The position numbers and the translations under genes are program-made. 64,000 bases of DNA, from positions 388,650 to 452,649 of the forward strand of contig DUSX01000034.1 of the NCBI GenBank assembly GCA_012842395.1. The letters run 5' to 3'. Positions 58,120 to 64,000 of the stretch are shown in pieces. Origin of the DNA: Bacillota bacterium. GTDB lineage: Bacteria > Bacillota > SHA-98 > UBA4971. Under the pieces are notes generated by a model, which searched no databases, was not told the DNA's origin, and saw only the letters and a program-made list of their open reading frames with translations. How positions within the stretch are numbered: the first letter of the stretch is position 1; each line of letters opens with the position of its first letter.

Positions 58120-59295
58120 TCAAGTCCTCCCCGTCCGGAACGATGCGACCAGGTAAGGCACTATCAGCACGGACACCATGAGCAGTAGAATCACCGCGAT
58201 GGACGCGCCCTTCGCCAGCTCGTTCCCGCGGAAGGTCGTCAGGAACATCAGGATGGCGGGCACGCTCGTAGGGGCGTTGTCCGGTCCTGCCATTGCGAAC
58301 ACGAGATCGAAGATCTTGAGGGCGATGTGTCCGAGCACTATTATCGCGCTCCACGTGATCGGGGCGAGGAGTGGAAGCTCCACGTATCGGTACACCTGCA
58401 GTGTGTTCGCGCCGTCCACCCGCGCCGCCTCGCGTAGCTCGTCCGGGATGGTGCGAAGGCCGGCGAGGTACAGCGCCATGGTATATCCTGACATCTGCCA
58501 TGCGGCCGCTACGACCACTCCGATAAGCGCCAGGTTGAAGCCATGAGGCTCAGGAAACGGCAGAGCCTTCAATTGCGCCGCCCCTCCCAAAGCGACCCAC
58601 GTCGCCAGCACCAGGCCTGGCAGACCCGTGATGGCGGCCGTCCGGAAGCGCCTTCGCGCTGCGGACCACGCCGCCCAGGCAACGAGCGCAAGCGCCACGA
58701 CCATCACGACAAGTCGAGGCAACGCCTGCCAGTCGAACTGGAGGACTTGGTCCCGGCTCGTGAGCCAGAGGAAGTCCGCGGGGCGCAAACCCACGAGCGT
58801 AGGAAGCACGTTCACGCCGCCCCTGGGTTGAAGGAGCCATCGCCAGATAGTGCCCGTGACGATGAACGAAAGCGACATCGGAAAGAGGAAGATCGTGCGG
58901 AAGACCGCTTCGCCCCGGATGCGCTGGTCGAGAATGGTAGCGAGAAGGAGGCCGAGCGCAAGCGAGGCGGCAACGAAGAGCACCGTGAAGAAAAGCATGT
59001 TCACGATGTCCTGCCTGAAGCGCACGTTGAGAAAGCCGCTGAAAAGGTCGCGGTAGTTGTACGCCCCCATGAAATGTATCTCGGGCTTCAACGCGAGGGC
59101 AGCTCCCTTGCCCCAGTCTGTGAGGGAGATATACACAGTCTGCGCGATGAAGCCGTACACGAATACAGCCAGGAGAGCGAGGGATGGCAACACGACGAGT
59201 ATGGCCATGACCTGGTCGCGCCTGGACCGCACCAACCCCACCCCTTTCCAACCGAGTCCGGCGTCGGCCCGCCGCGCGGTCTCAATGCCCGCCAT
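58120..59295 (-). CDS. Carbohydrate ABC transporter permease (MalF/UgpA-like)
   Basis: …[26 protein letters not shown]… Probable ATG at 59295 (MAGIETARR…). The N-terminal 58 aa of the track ORF are low-complexity and probably not translated. Confidence 0.75.
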   Translation of the reverse strand: MAGIETARRADAGLGWKGVGLVRSRRDQVMAILVVLPSLALLAVFVYGFIAQTVYISLTDWGKGAALALKPEIHFMGAYNYRDLFSGFLNVRFRQDIVNMLFFTVLFVAASLALGLLLATILDQRIRGEAVFRTIFLFPMSLSFIVTGTIWRWLLQPRGGVNVLPTLVGLRPADFLWLTSRDQVLQFDWQALPRLVVMVVALALVAWAAWSAARRRFRTAAITGLPGLVLATWVALGGAAQLKALPFPEPHGFNLALIGVVVAAAWQMSGYTMALYLAGLRTIPDELREAARVDGANTLQVYRYVELPLLAPITWSAIIVLGHIALKIFDLVFAMAGPDNAPTSVPAILMFLTTFRGNELAKGASIAVILLLMVSVLIVPYLVASFRTGRT

Positions 59296-59465
59296 GACTA
59301 TCGAAGCTCGATGCTCGTCATGACCACGACATGGCACGCCAGCGGGCCGAGCGCCGGAGATTGACACCGGGCTTCGCGGGCCCGTCGCTCTGCTCCACCG
59401 CGTGTCCGGAAGGGGCCTCGGGACACGCTGGTGAGTCTCACGTGGCGGCGGGCCCGCCTCATGAC

Positions 59466-60731
59466 TCACTTCCCTATGCCGGCCTGAATCGCGATCGCCT
59501 GGGCCGCGTTCGCCGCAGCCTCAGGATTCCGGCTATTGAGGAAGATCTCGATGACCGTCGCGAAATCGTTCATGAACCGCTCGTTCGCTACCACCCCGTG
59601 GATGAGGCTTCCCACGATGGCGTTGGTCCTCCAGTCCTTGGCAGCGCTTTGGAGGTAAGCGTTGTACTTGGACAGGTCGCTGTCCACCCGTGGGCTGATA
59701 GATCCCTTGAGCGGGTTGAAGATGTCCTGGGCCTCCCGGCTTCCGAGCATCTTCAGCCACGCGAGGGTGTTGTCACGGTGCGGAGCGCCCACCGGAAGGC
59801 CGAAGGAGTCGGAAAGCATCATAAACACGCCTGAAGTGCCGGGTGAGGGCGCCCAACCAAAGTCCTTGCCGGGCTGCAGCTTGAGCGTGGTGACCATGTA
59901 ACCTGCAGCCCAGTCCCCCATTACATTGAACGCGGCCTGCCCCTTCACCACCATGTCTGTGGCTTGCTGCCACGACAGCGACGGCGCGTCTTGGTTGGTG
60001 TACTCGAGCACCTTCCCGAACGTCCTCCACACGTCTACGACCTCAGGGCTCTTCCACGACAGCTTGCCCTGCCAGAGTGCTTCCCACTTGTCCTTGCCAA
60101 GGCGCGCGAGGGCGACGCTCTCCCAGAGGTGGGTGACGGTCCAGTTCTCGCCCAGGGAGAGCGGGATCACGCCCTTCGCCTTGAGCGTCGGAGCGATAGA
60201 AAGGAATTCGTCCCATGTGGCAGGGACTTTTACCCCCCACTTCTTGAGGTTATCTGGTATGTACCAAAGCACGTTGGACCTGTGGACGTTGACCGGAACG
60301 GACCAGATGCCCTTGTCGGTGCTGAGGAGTTTCAAGAGCCCCTCAGGGAATACGGACTTCCAACCCTCTTTAGCGTAGAGGTCGCTGAGGTCTTCCATGC
60401 GGCCGGCCACGACCCACGTGCCGATGAGCTCCTGTCCGGCGTGAACCTGGAAGGTGTCCGGCGGTTCGCCGCCCAGCATGCGCGTCTTGAGGACGGCCTT
60501 CGCATTTACGCCGGCCCCGCCGGTCACGGTGGAGTTGATGACTTCGACACCAGGATGCTGCTTCTCATAGAGCTCAATGAGCGCTTCCAGCGCGGGGCCT
60601 TCGTCTCCCGCCCACCAGGAGAAGATCTCGAGTTTGCCGCTGGCAGGAGCCGAACTCGCCACGGCGCCCAGACACGCAACCAAAGTCAGGCCAACCACGA
60701 GAATAGCGAGGCACTTCGACGTCCTCATCAT
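59466..60731 (-). CDS. Sugar ABC transporter substrate-binding lipoprotein (family 1 SBP)
   Basis: Lipoprotein signal [20 protein letters not shown]. …[32 protein letters not shown]…. Confidence 0.8.
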   Translation of the reverse strand: MMRTSKCLAILVVGLTLVACLGAVASSAPASGKLEIFSWWAGDEGPALEALIELYEKQHPGVEVINSTVTGGAGVNAKAVLKTRMLGGEPPDTFQVHAGQELIGTWVVAGRMEDLSDLYAKEGWKSVFPEGLLKLLSTDKGIWSVPVNVHRSNVLWYIPDNLKKWGVKVPATWDEFLSIAPTLKAKGVIPLSLGENWTVTHLWESVALARLGKDKWEALWQGKLSWKSPEVVDVWRTFGKVLEYTNQDAPSLSWQQATDMVVKGQAAFNVMGDWAAGYMVTTLKLQPGKDFGWAPSPGTSGVFMMLSDSFGLPVGAPHRDNTLAWLKMLGSREAQDIFNPLKGSISPRVDSDLSKYNAYLQSAAKDWRTNAIVGSLIHGVVANERFMNDFATVIEIFLNSRNPEAAANAAQAIAIQAGIGK

Positions 60732-61025
60732 CTATCCCTCCTGACGAATTGGTATCCGGGAGCAAATCCTCTTCCACACTCGCGCCACTTCGAGCCACGT
60801 GAATCCTGCAGGTCCTGGAGGTTCCAACGGCTCTCGGGCCCGCGTCGCACTACGGGACCCTCGACCGCCGGACTGATTGCAGCCGACACCACCCCCTTCG
60901 ACTTCAAGTTGCTCGCGGGCAGCGTGCACGCATCAACTGGATGGGCTGCCTCTCAACTTCGTCCACGGCCTGGCGGAGCGCCATGATCCCGTCCGCCACC
61001 ACGCACGACCAGCCCACCCCGCCTT

Positions 61026-61262
61026 GTTCATCTAAGTATGTCGCCAAAAGTTCGCGCTACTTTTCGGCGGGCGGTCCTGCCTGAGGCTATCCTATCGGCC
61101 TTGCCCTCCGGGGACGGCGCGCTTGTGGCGCCGCGCCTCCGCCGCGCCTCGTTCGGATTCGGCGCCTAGGACGGCCGAATCCTCCACGCCCCGTCGTGCA
61201 CGTACCGGCAACCCCAACGCCGTCAAGAAAGGAGACGAAAACCTGTGGCGCCATAATTAGGC
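61026..61262 (+). repeat. Copy B (full-length) of the intergenic repeat family
   Basis: atctaagtatgtcgccaaaagttcgcgctacttttcggcgggcggtcctgcc…ccctccggggacggcgcgcttgtggcgccgcgcctccgccgcgcctcgttcggattcggcgcctaggacggccgaatcctccacgccccgtcgtgcacgtaccggcaaccccaacgccgtcaagaaaggagacgaaaacctgtggcgccataattagg. Confidence 0.7.
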
Positions 61263-61386
61263 GCAGGACGGCTGCCGATGACGCAGCTCACTGGACGTTC
61301 ATTAACGATTTAAACAAAGTCGGCCAAACACTCTCCCGCGCCTCACACCGAACAAGCTTATTTTCGACGCCTGTTGCCTAACTCCT

Positions 61387-62709
61387 TCATGCGCTCACCC
61401 CAGCCCGCGAGAGCTTCGCCCGTTTCTCCTGCAAGTACCGCCCCAGGCTCCGGAGATCGCCGTCGATAGTCAACGCCATCGCCGCATACAGCACGGCGCA
61501 CGGTATCCACATAAAGACCGCGAACAGCATCGCGTACAGGTAGCCGTGGCTGCGAATGAGCATGCCGCCTAGGAATGGGCCTATTCCCCTGCCCAGGCTG
61601 TCTGCGATGTTGTGGATGCCGAAAACCGATCCCCTCCTTTCGGGCGGGTTTACGTTGATGAGCATGGCCTTGATGTTCGCAGACGGAATCGTCACGATGA
61701 CCCCCGTCAAGAAGCTCGCGACGACCGGTATCATCAACGCTCCCAATCCCATATCCGGCCTGAGCTGCATGTTCATGATGACATACCCAGGGCCCACCCC
61801 AGCCAGCACGGCGCCCGCGCAGAAGAGCGGGAGCGCCTTGGGGAGCCTTTGGAATATCCTGTCGCCTGCCCATCCGCCCAAGAGCCCTCCCGCAGTCGCG
61901 CCGAGGCCTAGAATGAGCGTAAGCGTCGTCGCGAACTCTTTCGTGAAGCCCTTGCCTTCGTAGAAGGGAATGAGAAAGAACGGGATGAGCCCCCACGGGA
62001 TAGATCCCGGTATACCCTGCACAAATCCCAAGAGATTCGTCTTGTTGGTGAACACGGCCTTGAGGTCTCGCAGCTTGATCCTCTCCGTGTATTCAAAGCC
62101 CTGCTCCAACAGATCAGCAAGCTCCTTCTCACGAGCCCCTCGCTTGGGCTCTCTGGCTATGATCAGGAACACCGGCACGAGAACGAAGTTCGGGGCCGCA
62201 GCGAGCATGAACGGCAAGCGCCAGCCATATGTCCCGGCCAGGAAGCCCGGCATCACCTGCCCGAGCATCTCACCGATGCCCCAAGCCGTGCTGACGAACG
62301 CTACCGCCGTAGCCCTGTGCTCGGTGCTGAAGTAGTCCCCCACCAACGAGAAAGTGATCGGGAAGATTCCGCCCACCCCGAGGCCTGTGAGGATTCTCAA
62401 GGTCAGGAGCTGCTCGTAAGTGGAGGTAAAAGCCTTCAGCCCCGTCATGAAGCAAGGTATCTCGCCGAGCAGCACGGTGAACGCGAGCAGCTTCTTGCGC
62501 GAGAAACGATCGGTGAAGTACCCGAAGAACATGCTCACGAGCGCCCCGAGGATCGTGAACGCCGAGCCTATGATCCCGATCTGCCTCTCGTCTATCTGGT
62601 ACTCAGCCATGATCTCGCGCACGACAGGGTTCATGGCATTCTGATCCGCGAACAACCATACCGAGATCATGACCAAGACGGCTAGGGTCCACTTCTCTCT
62701 CTTGGACAC
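61387..62709 (-). CDS. MFS transporter
   Basis: 12-TM protein. …FGYFTDRFSRKKLLAF…LRILTGLGVGGIFPITFSLVGDYF… Probable GTG start at 62709 (AAGGGGGAAG, then 6 nt), giving MSKREKWTLAVLV. The Arg-rich N-terminal 40 aa of the track ORF are spurious. Confidence 0.75.
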   Translation of the reverse strand: MSKREKWTLAVLVMISVWLFADQNAMNPVVREIMAEYQIDERQIGIIGSAFTILGALVSMFFGYFTDRFSRKKLLAFTVLLGEIPCFMTGLKAFTSTYEQLLTLRILTGLGVGGIFPITFSLVGDYFSTEHRATAVAFVSTAWGIGEMLGQVMPGFLAGTYGWRLPFMLAAAPNFVLVPVFLIIAREPKRGAREKELADLLEQGFEYTERIKLRDLKAVFTNKTNLLGFVQGIPGSIPWGLIPFFLIPFYEGKGFTKEFATTLTLILGLGATAGGLLGGWAGDRIFQRLPKALPLFCAGAVLAGVGPGYVIMNMQLRPDMGLGALMIPVVASFLTGVIVTIPSANIKAMLINVNPPERRGSVFGIHNIADSLGRGIGPFLGGMLIRSHGYLYAMLFAVFMWIPCAVLYAAMALTIDGDLRSLGRYLQEKRAKLSRAGVSA

Positions 62710-64000
62710 TACCTGCTTCCCCCTTTGCGCGCTCTTATCACCCGCATGCCCAGGACGCGCTCGGGAACCACCGTTTCCCCATTGACCCTGTAGCTGTCCT
62801 CGCCCTCGGGCACCCCGACGTACACGTCGCACCTCCTGCGCGCCCGCTCATGGTACTCGATCACGATATCGCTGCCATCCACAGCGATCCTCGACACCTC
62901 GCATCCGGGAAACAGGTGGCCCGTGCTTCCCACGACCGAGAAGGCATCCTCACCGGCCCTCAAGAAACACTTGGATTGATATGGCCTCAGGTTGATGCGC
63001 GCACCGCCTGGGGCGAAGCCGTCCTCACCGAAATAGACGCCGGGTCCTAGTTCGGCCACTCCCTCGCGCGCCTCGAGGTTCGCGAAGACTTCATAGCGCC
63101 TCTCCTCTATGGTGAACTCCACGTGGACCACGCCACCCGAGCGCTCGACGCGGTGTATCCGCTTCTCCACCACGGGAAACTGCGAAAGATACATTTCCAG
63201 CTCCTGCGTGGAGTAGGCGCTGATGTCGTCAGACGTGAACACCAATGTCCCGAACACGTGGTTGAGCAGGAACAGCGTGTACCGTTGGTCCGCGCTGAGC
63301 CTGTTTCCCTCGCTCCTCAGAATGAAAACGTCGGGATCGCTGCCGAACACGTTGCCGTTCAGCTGCCAACGTCCGATCACGCTCCGAAGCGCGTTTGCCG
63401 TGGACACCCTCTCGCGATACCCGAGCCACCTCAGAAAGCGGTCCTCCCACGTAAGAGCCACGTCGCTGCCCACCCGGCAGTAATCGACCCGGCCGAACGC
63501 CGGGCCCAGTGGCACCCCGCAGCCGAGGATCACCCTGTCGCCCGCGGCTTTCCTGAGGAAGTCCATGGCCTCGGTCATTACCTGACCGCGTGGTCTTCCG
63601 TCCCGGTGGATCAGCGCGACGGCGTAAAGAAAGTCCAGCTTAACCATGTCGAAGCCCCACGCGTTCAGGACCGTGTCGAACACCCGGGCTAGATAGGACC
63701 TCACCGCGGGATTGTAGAAATCGAGGGCATAAAACACCCCGCTCCAGTTGGGATTGAAGCCCGCCCTCACGAGTCTGCCCCGCGCGTCGCGCAAGAGCCA
63801 CTCTGGGTGCTCGCGGAAGACGATAGACCCTTTCTCGCAGACGAAGGGCGCAAGCCAGAGGCCCGCCTTGTATCCCCGCGCTTTCACCTCGTCGGCGATG
63901 GGCTTCATGCCGCGAGGGAACTTGTGATTCGCCACGAGCCAGTCGCCCACGGCGTTCTCGTATCCATCGTCTACCTGGAAATAGTCGATTGGGATGCCCC
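62709..64000 (-). CDS. Glycoside hydrolase family 36 alpha-galactosidase, C-terminal part; gene continues beyond the window end
   Basis: The reading frame stays open upstream of the track ORF start. Manual translation of 63951-64000 gives …GIPIDYFQVDDGYENAVGDWLVANHKFPRGMKPIADEVKARGYKAGLWLAPF… …GFDMVKLDFLY… This is the GH36 signature. Confidence 0.65.
   Translation of the reverse strand, partial: GIPIDYFQVDDGYENAVGDWLVANHKFPRGMKPIADEVKARGYKAGLWLAPFVCEKGSIVFREHPEWLLRDARGRLVRAGFNPNWSGVFYALDFYNPAVRSYLARVFDTVLNAWGFDMVKLDFLYAVALIHRDGRPRGQVMTEAMDFLRKAAGDRVILGCGVPLGPAFGRVDYCRVGSDVALTWEDRFLRWLGYRERVSTANALRSVIGRWQLNGNVFGSDPDVFILRSEGNRLSADQRYTLFLLNHVFGTLVFTSDDISAYSTQELEMYLSQFPVVEKRIHRVERSGGVVHVEFTIEERRYEVFANLEAREGVAELGPGVYFGEDGFAPGGARINLRPYQSKCFLRAGEDAFSVVGSTGHLFPGCEVSRIAVDGSDIVIEYHERARRRCDVYVGVPEGEDSYRVNGETVVPERVLGMRVIRARKGGSR

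Noticed and set aside
59296-59469. N-terminal 58-aa extension of the MalF-like permease ORF, and the analogous Arg-rich N-terminal extensions of the MFS ORF (62710-62832) and the GlmL ORF (39135-39371)
   Set aside because: Low-complexity Arg/Pro-rich sequences with no homology. Internal starts fit family N-termini and give sensible intergenic spacing.

Overview
This is a 64-kb GC-rich chromosomal segment (roughly 65% GC or higher by eye) of a sporulating Clostridia-type Firmicute, with an atypical outer-membrane beta-barrel gene. The sporulation markers are SpoIIM, a GerM-domain protein and LonB. Two classic operons are present: rimP-nusA-ylxR-infB-DUF503-rbfA-nrnA-truB-ribF-rpsO-pnp and tig-clpP-clpX-lonB-lon. 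The beta-barrel gene suggests a diderm lineage. Between these housekeeping blocks sit two amino-acid fermentation modules, both on the minus strand. The first is a branched-chain amino-acid operon, buk2-ptb-leucine dehydrogenase-buk-2-oxoacid:ferredoxin oxidoreductase (delta, alpha, beta, gamma). It has a near-consensus sigma-54 -24/-12 promoter and two upstream TGCA-N6-TGCA sites. A PAS-domain sigma-54 enhancer-binding protein is encoded next door. The second is a complete oxidative ornithine operon, ord-ortA-ortB-oraS-oraE, followed by a GlmL-like protein and a P-loop protein. Its upstream region carries a perfect TGCATAATTATGCA palindrome of the same motif type. Other content: the N-terminus of pyrimidine-nucleoside phosphorylase (pdp), xerD, nudF, a DUF3866/YqxK-like gene, hbd, an EF-G paralog, a LysM plus CWB2-like protein, a UvrD-type helicase with an embedded DEDDh exonuclease, tRNA-His, a sugar ABC transporter, an MFS transporter and the C-terminal part of a GH36 alpha-galactosidase. 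The most unusual signal is a family of structured GC-rich intergenic repeats of about 220 bp. It has at least nine copies or fragments at six loci, with terminal inverted arms, internal hairpins with a compensatory base change, a tandem cluster, and an inverted pair bracketing a small promoter-equipped Cys-rich ORF. Many track ORFs are over-extended at the 5' end. Starts were re-placed where an RBS and homolog N-termini agree. No CRISPR array or rRNA gene is present.
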